From assembly GCA_964016885.1 (NCBI GenBank), contig OZ024740.1, positions 249,302,001 through 249,366,000 on the forward strand: a DNA stretch of 64,000 nt, given 5' to 3'. Numbering within the stretch: the stretch's first letter is position 1; each line of letters begins with the position of its first letter. A model generated the notes under the pieces. It saw only the letters and a program-made list of their open reading frames with translations. It searched no databases and was not told the origin of the DNA. Shown one piece after another: positions 36,411-50,425 of this stretch. The stretch is from Eledone cirrhosa (taxonomy: Eukaryota). Made by a program: the position numbers and the translations under genes.

Positions 36411-39399
36411 GTTGATCATCGTCTTATTGAGCTTAACCAATGAAGAAGACCAGCCTGTTGGGTTTTCTAAAATAAATATTAACCTACACTTCAAACACAA
36501 AAGGCAATGTTACTTTATCTTCATATTGAAAATGTGCATAATTACGTTACTTTTCGCTTACAAATTTCGAAAATCATGTTTTGTCCACGCATTTGCGGTT
36601 GCATCGTTTTCGATGGTCACACACCACTGGATGTCTACTTAAATCTTTTTTTCCTTTTCTTTTTATTAAAAAAATTATTCAAATCAAAATCCATTTTTTT
36701 TTTTTCTGATTTAATCTATTTAATAATTGAGATTTTAACTATTTAACTAATAATTGAAAATGAAATAAGGATATTAAAGCCCTTAGGTATCTTTTATTAC
36801 TTATACCTGTTAAAATTTCTAATTAACTTTTTTTTTTTCACTTACTGAGGCTATTTTGAAAATGACAGTTGTAAATATTTAAATTAATATAGAAAAGAAA
36901 CAAAATTCATAATTAAACAACACATTTCTTCATTCTCCTTTTAATTTCTTTATAATTCATATTTTCAAAATGGAATAATTCTCTGACTCGAATTTATATT
37001 TAATAATAACAATAAATGAATATAATCTACGATATTATTCGAAACAGCAGAGTTCAAATCCACGTGGATAAAAAGTTAACCTTTCGACCCGTTCTCACCT
37101 CCCTGGTCATTAAAGTTTCTCATTCGGCCCAACATGGCGTACCGGTAAAATTATATCTCTTATTTTATTTTATATTAATAAATTAATAAAGAGATTGTAT
37201 GAGATCATACTGTGGAGAAAAACTAGTTGTATAATGAATATTGTGGACATGATGATGTAGTGCTTTGGCAGCTCTGATATTTTGGTCCGCCGAGTGTGAG
37301 GACTTGAATTATCCTTCAAATATGCATACGTGTGTGTATGTGTATCTATATGCATGCGGATGCATCAAAGTGAAATACTATCCGATTTAGACACTAACCA
37401 TAAAAAATCTAATATTAAAGCCAGGTTGGAAGTAATAAAAATGCGAATAAAATCATACAGACAATTTATATGTACGTTAGCTGGAAAAGATTAATTTACT
37501 AATAATTTCCTTAGAAGCAAGTGTGTTTGTCAGCTCAAAAATTAGATCCCGAAAGAAAGAAGAGAAATCAACAAAGTTTATTCAACCTGTTGTCCAGTGT
37601 ATGGGAAGTAATTATGATATATTAAATGAAATCTAAAAAATATTTGGTGTTTATGTATTTTTTCTTAGACAATTACCACTTTCTATTACTTTGTCTTTTT
37701 TTTCTTTATAGCCAAGAGGAATACGTAAGAAAAATAAAATTAATATGGTATAGTTAATCATCACGAATATTCTCAAGTAGACTGATATGTCTGGTTGGAA
37801 AGGCAGAGATATTATAACCGCCGAGATATTTCTGATTCAAATAAATGCCGATGCAACAGTGTGCGGCTGTCCATTTATTTATTATTCATTCATGGGGAGA
37901 GGGGGTGCAGGGTCATATATCGAGTGGCGAGCTTTCACTTGGTTCTTCCTTACATTGTAACTACCAGTTTCTAGTCGTCACAAACTCCATGTATAACTTC
38001 AGTCAGACTCAACATGCTAATTCGTCCTATTCTCGTTTATGTTTTGAATTCTTTTTAGTAACTTTCGTCTCTTGATGGTTTAATTGTTTGTATAAATATA
38101 AGTGCATGTAAGAACAAAATCTAAAAGCTGTGTTCTATTCACTATCCAAACATACCCCCATAAAACTCAACACATTTTATTTAAACATTTCATTTACTTT
38201 GTTTTAACGGACTCTTCTATAGTGCATTATAGGTTCAGGAATATATTATTAAAAAAATAAATACGATCTCTATATATTTATATAATCTATGTATGGCATG
38301 CATTACATTCCATCCGTGATCCGTTTTAGATGTTCATAAGCTGGGAAGATTAAGTTATTAATGTCATTGAAACGCATGAACGTCACATCTTCATATTTTA
38401 TATAATGAATATATATATATATCTTTACACACACACACAAGTATGTGTAATCTATTTTGAATGTCTGTCTATACAGCCAACTGACGTGCACATAGAGGAA
38501 TGAAATTAAATACTTGAGTTTTCTACTTTCCTATAGATGAATTTTGTTCGTAATCGAAACCAGTAGAATTACATTTGTGGGAGGGTCTAAGTTTCGTTCT
38601 TTCCCTTTTTTTATGAGTTAGCAAACAATTTCTACAATAAAAAAAATAAAAATAAGTTTTTATCCTGTCCTATACTAACCCACCAGTGGTTTCCAAGAAT
38701 CGATATGTAGAATAACATATTTTGTGATTGAAAAATATTTAAAAAAAACTATTTAACATTTATATTTTTTAAAGTAATTTATAAAATATTTTCCTAAGAG
38801 CTTTCATTCTGTGAAACCGACAGATAGTATGGTGGAAGAGGGATATGTGTATATAAAATGTAATATAGTATGAGCAAATGGATATTGTTAGGTTAGTAAG
38901 CTGTTGCTGCACTACATAATACCCCACAATGAAATGGCACTCGTCTGAATGGGTCACATTTACCCGTGGTTAGAGCCTATAAACAAACTTAATATACACT
39001 ATATGTATGTAATTATATCCTTTATCCAAGGTTTGCGGCGGTCTTTGGCGTGGCTACGCGATTAGCCAAGTTCTTTCTCCCAAAGGTTTCTCTTGCAAGC
39101 GAAGCGACTCATAATGATGCAGATAGCTACTTGATCGAGTATATTGCTATAAATCTATTGGTAGTGTAGTTTGAAATAATATATACTGTTGGCGCTGCTT
39201 CTTCCATTTGTTATTACTATGAGAAAGAAAACTAAGACACTTAAAATCATCTTAATTTTTAAATATGTTTGTGTGAGTTTAAATAAGAAAGTGATTTTGT
39301 TAGCTATGCAAAACAATCTATTTTTTCTCCACATTTACGTGGCCTGTGCGAAATAACTTACTGCATTCAATCTCTTCTCCGACATACTAATAACTTCTC

Positions 39400-42300
39400 G
39401 TTTTACTCTATACCAATACTTCAAACTATTTTTATCATATTTTCGTCATTCTTCGTCTCTCCGAATAGTGTATCTTTACTAAATTTTCCTTCTTTCTTTG
39501 CTGTCTCTTGAACCATTTTTTTTCCATTTTAAATAAACCTCACTTTCTCTACTTCTGCCTTTTGATTTTTATTTAGATTCTCACTCTTTTCTTTTTTCTT
39601 CGTCTTTATCACACTCCTACTTTTTTCCGCTCACTCTTCTCTATTCCTTTCACTTAGTTCTCTTGTTCCCGCTACTCTTCTCTCATTCACACTAAATTTT
39701 TACTCTCTCTATCACACTCTGCTTGTATTCAAAATCTGTTTGTCTTTCTCTGTCACACTCAACTCGTTCCTTCCTTTCGGACTTTATTTTTCTATACGTT
39801 TCTTCCACTCTTTTTCCATCTCTACAAGTGACTTTGTTGTAGATGTACATTATATATATTCACATTAACACCAAACCAACCACCATATGTATGTGTATAT
39901 ATTTAAAATAGAAATGCTATTATTTATGCTCGATTTTATATTTTTCAACTTTTTTCCCGTCAGAATAAAAATGTATAGTGTAGGAGGGTGTGTACTTTAA
40001 AGTAGAAATTTCATGCCTGAACAAAGTGGAGAGGGAGGACATCTCTAACACCCGCTGTAATCAAAACAGCTCCGGTTGGCTTGAGAAAGTCTTACCTGCG
40101 TTTTTTTTTTTTTTTTTTTTTTTTGTAATTTTACTTCTACAATTGGGTGTCTACCTTTGGATTTTCAACTTACAAACTAGTTGCCCACCCCACAAAAAAC
40201 GTCAATTTTGCTTCATTTGTCTTAAATAACGTTTCGGGAATGTTTTAGACAACTTTAAGATCAAAGACTACTGCTTTTTATTTAATTCTTTTGTGTAATA
40301 TTTTGACTTTTCTTTCATTGTTTGTTTATCTTTTGAATGTATAATCAATAGTTTGCCCTTCTCATTGATCACCGTGGGATGAAAGGTATTGAAGTTATAT
40401 TCAAAAATATATTTAAAATATTTTTTTTTAATATTTAACTATTATTTATAACAAATGTCCGTTTAAAGATTGACGAATTAATCTTTTTTAGACATTATTT
40501 TGCGTTATGATACGGAGAAACAGACACGTGGCGCTTATGTTCCAGAGATGTTAGCAGCTATCCTTTTCTTCAATAAAAAAAATTCTCTTATTACCTGATT
40601 GATTCATATTTTTCATTCTCTTTTAATATCTAATATCTTTCCGGGGTAAATAATAGAATGCCATACAAAATATTAATTTGTTTTTGGAGAAAAAAAAATT
40701 TAAACTGGTAATGGTTGATATGGAGTTGGTTTTGGGAGAAGTGTATAGCAACTTCTCAACTTGCGCCATGACACTTTGCCATGCCGTCTTTCAGCTCTAC
40801 AAGTTTTCGTTTCCATCGCATCCCTCCCCTTCTTTACCAAAATTGCTACCACCTCTTTAATTGCACGCTTTTCTCTTCCCCGCTCCGTGCTGCCCTCTAT
40901 ATTTTTATTATCCTTCCATTTTTCTCTACATCTAATCTTTTCGATCTTTCTCTCACTCATTCACCTGCTACTGTTTTGAGGGAGTGATATTTATGTTTAC
41001 CTCCTTCTTTCATTAGTTCTTCTACTGTTTCTTTATATCTCTCGCGCTTTTTATTCTAATTCTACCTACACTTAAATTCACTCTCGGGGTAACTAAATAT
41101 CACCCTCTGTACTTCACTCAATATCCTCCTCCTCTTCATCCGACCTTGTCTATTACTTACACTCTCTTTCTTTGTTTATCTATCTCTATCTCAAATTGTA
41201 TCCACGTTCAACATCACTAAACCCCCTTGCTTTTACCTTATACTCTTTCACCCACCGCCAACTTCCGATACTCTTTATTCGTCCTTTTTCACCCTCTTAT
41301 TCTTTCTGACTTTCGTATTCTATATTAGTTTATTCCATCTGTAAATTCTTCATCATGTCTCTCCCTCTAACTTTCGTTTTCTTTTCCGTCTGATTCTTTT
41401 AATAACTATCTATCAGTTATAATAATACACCTTATATAAGGCCATAATTTCTTTGTTCAATAAAGTACCAGTTAATGTACAGGGTAATTGCTTGCTGGTC
41501 TTGCGCCAAAAGTAGAAACAATTATTTCTTTGTTCAAATCCCGCCGAAGTTAACTTTGCCTTTCATCCTTACGAGGTCGATAAAATAAAGTACCAGTAAT
41601 GCACGGAGGTTATTGCTGGCCTTGTGCTAAAAGTAGAAACAATTATTTCTTTGTCAGCTTTATATTTTTTATTCTCTCAACATGCTCTTTCTTTTCTGTG
41701 CTTTAACGAAATACTTGTTTAGATTACAAATTCGATCATATATTGTTTCATTGATTTCAATTTTTATAAAATAATTCTATCTATTTTTCTAACTTCGCTT
41801 CTCTATCTCGCTTGGCTTTTTTCCTCTTCCACACTCAAGGTTCATCGTTCTTTCTTCCTTTATGAATTTCTATGCTGATCTTCTCTCCTGTTTCTTTTAC
41901 TCTCCCTTCTTTCTGGCTTACTTCGTCCTTCATCTCTTCACTCTTTGCGCCTATTCTGTACTCATCTATTTCTATATTTCTCTCTATTATTTCTTCTCTC
42001 GTTTCTCCTAACGTCATTTTTCCTCCATTTCGTTTCTTTCTATCTCTATATTCACTACTCTGACTTTCTCCTCCCCCTTGTCACGTTTAATGTTTCACTC
42101 TTTCTCTCCTTTATTAGTTGTTCGATCCACTACTTCTCTTTCCCCTTGTTTGTCTTCCTGTATCATTTCCCCGGTATTTTCTGTTTATATTTTTCTATCT
42201 GTTTAGCGTATTTCCAACTCGATTATATATTTATTGTATTTTTTGTACTCGTCATTTTTACTGAGCGCGTTTCATTTCTTTTATTCCTTCGTGTTTTGAC

Positions 42301-42640
42301 TACTCTCAATCTTCGTTTTCATTTCCTCTCCCTTTACCATTTTCCTTGCTTCTATTATTCCTCCTGCTGCTCAGTATTTTTTACTTGTGACTTCGATTCG
42401 CCTCCCTTGCTTCTATCTAGCTAGCTCTTCCTCTCACTAATTCTCTACACATCTCTCTTGGCCGCACCTCTATCTTTCTCTTCCCCCTGCTCTCTCTGAC
42501 TTTAGCTTTCCTTCTTTCACCTCTGTCTCTCTTTATCCTCATCCTCTTCCCACTCCCATTTTGTCTACAGTTCTGCCGCCATTGTTTGCATACATTTTTT
42601 TTCTTCGTTGTCCCAGTGACAACCTGATGCGCTTTCTTCA
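39400..42640. other. Pyrimidine-rich low-complexity tract (CT-rich on +)
   Basis: Strong C/T skew with no coding motifs. Confidence 0.7.
41458..41645 (+). mobile_element. Two tandem 5'-truncated SINE copies
   Basis: SINE 3' halves bounded three times by ..atttctttgt. Confidence 0.8.
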
Positions 42641-43371
42641 CATGCTGAAAGCTTTTCTTCTAAACACTTGTCGCTTTTATTTGCAAACACAGATGTGAGG
42701 AATATCTATCTATGAATATATATTTGTGTGTGTATTATACTTACGTATATACATTATATATAATTTCATAGTTCAGATATATTAAGATTGATATTATTAT
42801 AAAAAAAAATAAAATTCAAAGCAGAAAATTGTATAGCCACAACAGGTATTGAACCATTCTCCTCATATGGTAATGGTTGCGTACCTCGGATTCTCGTAGA
42901 GCGACAATAACACAAACATATCTGCATGGAAATATATACACACACACACTATATATATACATATACACACATTACGTACATATATACTTGTTAGTATCAA
43001 CAAACACAACTCCGAGTAAAGCTATAGAGTGAATCATCAATTTAACGCAAATCAACAATTTCTATTACATGCACTGTGTACTCTCTTACTCGTTCCCAAC
43101 GCTAAACGTAAATGGGTGAGACTAAATTCTTGGCGAAGAAAGTGCGCGATCCAGTTTCAATTCACGCTTACAGTTATTTTACCCCCAATGCCCTTGAAAT
43201 ACGTTTGAATGTCAAAGCAATGATTTCTCTCTTCTCCCTAAAGTCTATGAAACTTAGCACCCGGTAATGGATATATTTCATAGGTAACAAATTACTTTAC
43301 TACTGGCCTAGCATAAAATAAGCATTGATATATATATATATAGATATTTCTATATAACATATATATATATA

Positions 43372-43560
43372 TAATTGTTTCTACTTTAGGCACAAGGCCA
43401 GCAATTAACCAGTACATTACTGGTACTTTATTTTATCGACCCCGTAAGGATGAAAGGCAAAGTTAACCTCGGCGGGATTTGAACTCAGACTGTAAAGGGA
43501 CGTAACTATGCTAGAAAACATGGCGTCCGACCCTCTACCGATACTGCCAATCCACCACCC
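43372..43560 (-). mobile_element. Full-length tRNA-derived SINE inserted in (AT)n
   Basis: A-box tggcagtatcgg, B-box gttcaaatcc, central gcctttcatccttacggggtcgataaaat domain. Confidence 0.9.
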
Positions 43561-43574
43561 TTATATATATATAT

Positions 43575-43988
43575 AACTTTGATAGGTATTGGCCCAGGCC
43601 ATATCTAACTTAATAGCACCACCTGGCGAAGTCTTTCAAATCAGGATTTGGGCACCATGGCCCACTCAAGTAGAGAGTTATTGTTTACGAAGGCATATCC
43701 GGGATTTCTTGAAGGAATTTGTCCAAAGACTTCTTGAACTTGATGGGGTCTGTTTCTGTTGTAATGTGTTTTGGTGTAATGTTAAAGAGAGCTGGGCCAA
43801 TTGAGGTGAAATAATTGTACCGTATTGTTGTTATGAGATGCGAGTGAGATTTTTGTCGTGGGCGGATAGCACGAGGCCCAAGCCTTGGGTATACCTTAAA
43901 TATGATGCCAACATCATTTGGGCAAAGCTGATGGAATATTTTCCACATCATGCAGATAATGTAGCGCTCACTGCGACGTTGGTGAGAA
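43575..43988 (-). mobile_element. CR1/L2-group LINE 3' end
   Basis: YSHQRRSERY..WKI...GPALFN..P....KFKKSLDKFLQEIPD. Confidence 0.75.
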
Positions 43989-44026
43989 TATATACATATT
44001 ATATTATATATATATACACATATATA

Positions 44027-44057
<31 letters not shown>

Positions 44058-44059
44058 TA

Positions 44060-44090
<31 letters not shown>

Positions 44091-44092
44091 TA

Positions 44093-44123
<31 letters not shown>

Positions 44124-44151
44124 TAATATATATATATATATATACACATAT

Positions 44152-44252
44152 ATAATTGTTTCTACTTTTGGCACAAGGCCAGCAATTATCTCAGTGTATT
44201 ACTGGTACTATATTTTATCGACCCCGTAAGGATGAAAGGCAAAGTTAACCTC
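44152..44252 (-). mobile_element. 5'-truncated SINE
   Basis: Same family as 43372-43560. Confidence 0.85.
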
Positions 44253-44374
44253 GATATATATATTTATATATATGTGTGAATGTAGTAATTCCGTCGGAAA
44301 GGTCCAGGAAAAACGAGTGCTCTATGTAGGTTACAGAGCTTAATAGTTATGTAATAAACAACATAGGATAATTA

Positions 44375-44437
44375 TTTCATTTACCAGTGGTTTCTTGAAA
44401 GCAAACAAAAAATTTGCTTTCAGTCATCAGAATGAAA
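44375..44437 (-). ncRNA. Minimal type-I hammerhead ribozyme
   Basis: tttcatt-CTGATGA-c tgaaagcaaa tttttg tttgctttca a-GAAA-ccactgg-TA-aatgaaa. Confidence 0.85.
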
Positions 44438-45023
44438 AAATCCTGGTGTATTTATTGACTGGATTTTAAAAACAAAAATATAATCTATATGAAAGTGAGG
44501 CTGGAAAAGGAAGAAGGAAAGGAAACAATAAATATAACAGTAGATAAACACACGCGCGCGCACACACATATATATATATATATACATACACACATATATA
44601 CACATACACACATATATATATACATACATACATATATATATATACATACATATCCATACATACACATACACACACACATGCATATATATATACATATACA
44701 CACACATATAATCATACATATATACACACACATAAATACACACATATATACACGCATACATATGCACACACATATATAGATATATGTACGCACACGCACA
44801 ATTAATTATAAGAAAAAATAATAAAAATAAAAAATAAAAATAAAAAACAATGGACAACCATATGATGCAAAAGGGCGTCACATCAAAATAAAAATAAAAA
44901 TTATTATAAAGTTGACAGGAAAGGACACAAATAAATAAACAAACACACGTGGTAAGCAATACACACATTTACACATTCACATACATACATATAAATATAT
45001 ACATACACACACATATACATATA

Positions 45024-45054
<31 letters not shown>

Positions 45055-45130
45055 CATACATATATATATACATATATATATATATATACACACACACACA
45101 TATATACATATATATAGATATATATATATA

Positions 45131-46375
45131 AACGGAAAAAATGAAACAAAATTTCATTTCCCACTCTTAGTACGGCTGTTACTTTAATATAAGTATGTAC
45201 ACGTACATACATATATGTATACAGACGTACAGTAGTATGTATATATATATACATACATGCACACATATATATATATGCACGTATGGATTCACCGAACATT
45301 TATTATAATGCTCGGTGTGTTTGTAAACAAACATCCCGTATTAAGCCGTAGTGTCCAACAACCATCGTTGCTCGTTTGTTTAACACTGACAAAGGAACAC
45401 TGTACTAGTTTCAAGCTTATTAGCTATCGTCAGCAACGTATACCTTCCTGCCAGATTGTTGAACGTATATACTTACCTTATGCATATTAACGGCTGAGTA
45501 GCCCAATTTGCATATCGGGTGGGTTAATCGGCCGGGTGCACCGAAAACGTGCATATATATATATGTGTGCATGTATGTATATATATATATATACATACTA
45601 CTGTACGTCTGTATACATATATGTATGTACGTGTGCATACTTATATTTAAGTAACAGCCGTACTAAGAGTGGGAAATAAAATTTTGTTTCATTTTTTCCG
45701 TTTATCGTTTTCGGTGCACCAGGCCGATTAACCCACTCGATATGCAAATTGGGCTACTCAGCCGTTAATATGCATAAGGTAAGTGTTGAACAAACGAGCA
45801 ACGATGGTTGCTGGACACTACGGCTTAATACGGGATGTTTGTTTACAAACACACCGAGCATTATAATGAATGTTCGGTGAATCCATACGTGCATAGATAT
45901 ATATACATACTACTGTACATCTGTATACATATATGTATGTACGTGTACATACTTATATTTAAGTAACAGCCGTACTAAGAGTGGGAAATGAAATTTTGTT
46001 TCATTTTTTCCGTTTATCGTTTTCGGTGCACCCGGCCGATTAACCCACTCGATATGCAAATTGGGCTACTCAGCCGTTAATATGCATAAGGTAAGTATAT
46101 ACGTTCAACAATCTAGCAGGAAGGTATACGTTGCTGACGATAGCTAATAAGCTTGAAACTAGTACAGCGTTCCTTTGTCAGTGTTGAACAAACGAGCAAC
46201 GATGGTTGCTAGACACTACGGCTTAATACGGGATGTTTGTTTACAGACACACCGAGCATTATAATAAATGTTCGGTGAATCCATACGTGCATATATATAT
46301 GTGTGCATGTATGTATATATATATACATACTACTGTACGTCTGTATACATATATGTATGTACGTGTACATACTTA
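45131..46375. mobile_element. Non-coding ~420-bp tandem monomer array with inversion; hammerheads at 45397-45439 (-) and 46128-46170 (+)
   Basis: One monomer on minus (45131-45548), then head-to-tail plus-strand copies with junction ...ttccgtttat|cgttttcggtgcacc at 45706 and 46018; flanked by (AT)n. Confidence 0.88.
46128..46170 (+). ncRNA. Minimal type-I hammerhead ribozyme
   Basis: acgttg-CTGACGA-tagct aata agctt-GAAA-ctag-TA-cagcgt. Confidence 0.82.
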
Positions 46376-46584
46376 TATATATATATATATATATAAGAAA
46401 ATACGTAAATATTATATATATATATAAACAAATAGTTGGGAATACGACAAATAATAAATAAATAGATAAAGGTATAAATGTTTATAGCTGATTTAGAGCA
46501 TTCAATAAGTTCCTAGAGCAAATAATCAATGAAAATAAACATCAAATCACTCTGTATGTAATTATGCTTATAGATATATATAAT

Positions 46585-46654
<70 letters not shown>

Positions 46655-46805
46655 ATTTATTAAAATAACAGATTAAAGTTTAAGCAAAGAATCGCTGCTT
46701 TCAACCTTAATAGGATCTTCTGAAACTAACAAAGTCAATCTGTAAACGCAGAAGTGAATATTTCAAAAAACGTTGCAACCGGAGGAAGACAGGAAGACGA
46801 TACTT

Positions 46806-47277
46806 TGGTTCGTGGAAACGTTCCCTGGCAAAGAACGGGAAAAAACGACTATAATACGTCATTATTTGGAGCGGTGGATTGGCAGTATCGGTAGAGAGTC
46901 GGACGTCATGCTTTGACGCATAGGGTTACGGCCCTTGCCATTCTGAGTTCAAATCCCGCCGAGGTTAACTTTGCCTTTCATCCTTACGGGGTCGATAAAA
47001 TAAAGTACCAGTAATGTACTGGGTAATTGCTGGCCTTGTGCCTAAAATAGAAACAATTATTTGGAGCGGTGAAAAACAATTACACGCAAAGACAGAACCA
47101 CGTTTATGGTATAAAAGAAGTCGTAGACTAATATTCTCTAAGGTGGTTCATAGAGACGTTCTCTGGCAATGAACGAAAAAAACGAAGATAATACGTCATA
47201 TGTGGAGCGTAGAGAACAATTGCACGCAAAGACAAAACCACGTAAATGGTATAACTGAAGTCGTAGACTAAAATTCT
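46806..47277. repeat. Diverged ~140-bp tandem duplication interrupted by a SINE
   Basis: ggttcgtggaaacgtt...gaagtcgtagactaa occurs twice. Confidence 0.8.
46877..47060 (+). mobile_element. Full-length tRNA-derived SINE with 16-bp TSD
   Basis: TSD attatttggagcggtg at 46861-46876 and 47056-47071; A and B boxes present. Confidence 0.92.
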
Positions 47278-47543
47278 AACTAGGAAACCGAATGAATCTC
47301 CGCTTCAGAGTTAAGAATAAAGTAAATAAAATATATAAAATACAGAGGTAAGTGAAATTAAATAAATGCATACACGCATCCAAATACGTACATACACAAG
47401 CATACGCGAAAATAGGTATACAAATACACGCACATATAGATATGTGTGTGTGTGCGTGTATACAAATAATTAAATAAACGTATATAAATAAATACGTATA
47501 TACCAAGCGCACACACATACCTACATGTAGATACACATATGAA

Positions 47544-47700
47544 CCCAGTCCTATCATCTCATTTCTACAGCTGAGTAAACTGGAGCAATGTGAAATAAAG
47601 TGTCTTGCTCAAGGAAACAACACATCACCCAGTCTGAGAATTGAACTCATAACCTGACGATTGCTAGGACAGTGCTCTAACCACTAAGCCATGTGCCTCC
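47544..47700 (-). mobile_element. SINE head (same family as 28118-28460)
   Basis: Highly similar to 28300-28460. Confidence 0.85.
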
Positions 47701-48034
47701 ATGTATGTATGTATGTATATATATATATAGATAATAGATGTATGTGTGTGTGTGTGTGTGTGTGAGTGGCGTGTGTGTGTGTGTTTGTATGCATGAGTGT
47801 GTGTGCCATGAGTGTCAACAAGTGGTGATTTTTTTTTTATGACCATGCTGTAAAATGGAGGGGTAGAGAGGGCCCATGAGTCCAGTAAGACATCCTCTCT
47901 AGTGCTGGTGGCACAAATAAAAGCACCCAGTCCATGCTGTAAAGTGGTACTGGTGTTAGGAAGGGCATCCAACCAGTGTATCAATGCCAAAACAATTATA
48001 AGCACAGCAACAAGTATATAGGAACAGCAAAAAT

Positions 48035-50425
48035 ATGAAGACGTCGTATCTCAGAATTGCAACACTTAATGTTGGCACTCTCAGAGGTAGATCTGGTGAA
48101 ATAGTTGAGATGCTGGAGAGAAGGCATGTGGATGTGTGCTGCATGCAAGAGGTCAGATGGAGAGGTGCCTCTGCGAGACTAGTCGCAGGCAAACATCTTA
48201 GCTTTAAGCTTTTCTGGGTAGGTAAGGATGATGGGTTAAGGGGAGTAGCCATTTTCCTGGCTGAGAGATGGATCAATAAGACAATAGAGGTAGTTCGAGT
48301 TAATAATCGAATAATTAAGCTTAGATTAGTTGTAGGCAGTAGACTACTGACAATCATCTCTACCTATGCTCCCCAAGCAGGCCTAGGCAAAGAAGAGAAA
48401 GACTGCTTTTACGAGCAACTTTTACAGACAGTCTCAATGATAGAGGACAGAGACATCGTTATGTTAGCAGGAGACTTCAATGGTCATGCTGGACAGCTCT
48501 AGAATGGTTACACTGGGGTACATGGTGGGTGCGGTTACGGCTCAAGAAATGAAGAAGGAGTGATACTTCTTGAATTTTATGATGCAAGTACACTGACTAT
48601 TTGCAACCTAACTTCCAGAAACCTGCCAACCACCTAATAACCTACAAATCAGGCGAGCACATAAGCCAGATTGACTTCTTACTAATTAGGCAGCGGAACA
48701 GGCAGATAGTGTCAAATACCAAGGCATACCCTGGGGAAGAATGTACCCCACAGCATAGGTTAGTCGTTAGTGATATCTCAGTAAGCAAGAGATGGAATGA
48801 GACATACAGGAAGGTGTGGGGAAGAAAGGTCTGGAAGCTAAAAGACCTTTCACTAAAATACAAATTTAGGAAAGCCCTTCAAGATGTGTATGACGAAAAA
48901 GAAGAGGATTTAGAGACGTATGCCAGATAATAACTGGAATTTCTTACGTGACAACTTACTGCAGGCTACTGATGAAACTTGTGGCTGGAGCAGAGCTCCA
49001 ACCAGACAGAGAGTGACCGGGTGGTGGAACAGCACAGTAGATAAGGCCATTAGAGACAAAAGACTAGCGTGGAAGGCTTGAGAAAAGGGTGGGAGTAGAG
49101 AAGGATATACAGCCGCTAAGAGAGAAGCTAGACGTCAGGTGTACTTAGCACGCAGAGAGGCTGAGAGTAGGAGGTTTGCCAATGTTCTGCGACGGGAAGA
49201 TCAGAGGCATGTGGTGTTCCACATTGCAAGGCAGTGTGTCAATGCAAATCAGGATGTTGTTGGAGATAAATGTGTCCAAAATGATGCCGGTGTACTTAGT
49301 ATCACAAATGATCAGAAAAAGGAGGTCTGGAAATGTCATTACTAGAGACTGATGAATGTGGAGAACGAATGGGAGAGAGAGAAATTACCCTCAGTAGATC
49401 CGACAGAGGGCCCAGCTATTGAGATTGACGAATATAGGGTCCAAGAGGCGATTAAGGAAATGAAAAATTGTAAGGCTGCTGGACCGTCAGGGATAGTTGC
49501 TGAGATGCTGAAGGCATCAGGGGACATAGGCACTAAACTGGTTGTACGCATCATCAATTAGGCTATATATGGCGGTGTCATACCCAAAGACTGGTGCAGC
49601 AGTATTCTCATAAATTGCTACAAAGGTAAAGGGGATGCTCTGGAGAGGAGCAATTATAGGGGTATAAAACTGATGGATCAGGTTATGAAAGTGGCAGAAA
49701 GGATATTAGCACAACTAATTAGAGAAAGGGTCAAACTAGATGAGATACAGTTTGGTTGTGTGCCTTGGAAAAGTACAACAGATGCTCTCTTCTTGGTGAG
49801 ACAATTACAAGAGAGGTTCTTAGAGAAGAATAAGCCACTATACTTAGCCTTTGTTGACCTAGAGAAGGCCTTTGATAGGATCCCCCGATCTGTCATCTGG
49901 TGGTCCCTAAGGAAACTAGGTGTTGGGGAATGGCTTGTGAGGACAGTGCAAACTTTGTACAGAGGTGCTGTCAGTAAAGTGAGGGTAGGAATGGAGTTTA
50001 GTGAGGAATTCCAGATACAAGTAGGAATACGTCAAGGATCGGTCCTCAGCCTGCTCTTGTTCATTATAGTCCTCCAAGCCATAACAGAGGAGTTTAAGAC
50101 TGACTGTCCATGGAAACTTCTCTATGCTGACGATCTGGTTCTTATAGCAGAATCAGTAGAGGAGCTAGAGAATAAATTATGGCTATGGAAACAGCAATTG
50201 GAAGCAAGAGGACTGAGAGTGAATCTAGCTAAGACAAAAGTTTTGATGAGTAGAAAAGAGGATAAAACTGATTCCGTCAGGGAAATGGCCATGTTTAATA
50301 TGCAGAAAAGGAACTGGCATAAATTCTATAAAATGCACACAATGCAGATCCTGGGTACACAAGAGATGTAGTGGGATAGCAGGCAAACTAACAGGTAGGG
50401 ATAAATACATATGCAGTAGATGTAC
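48035..50425 (+). mobile_element. RTE LINE (family B), EN + RT, 3'-truncated
   Basis: ATLNVGTL, MQEVRW, GDFNGH, QIDFLL, DLEKAFD, RQGSVLS, LLYADDL and a Cys finger; several stops. Confidence 0.93.

Noticed and set aside
41835-42641. Hydrophobic 'membrane protein' ORFs (also 12563-13090)
   Set aside because: Produced by CT-rich low complexity or antisense to TE ORFs.
43372-43560. tRNA genes at A/B-box motifs (also 28400, 42840, 46880, 47640)
   Set aside because: No complete cloverleaf; most run into SINE bodies.
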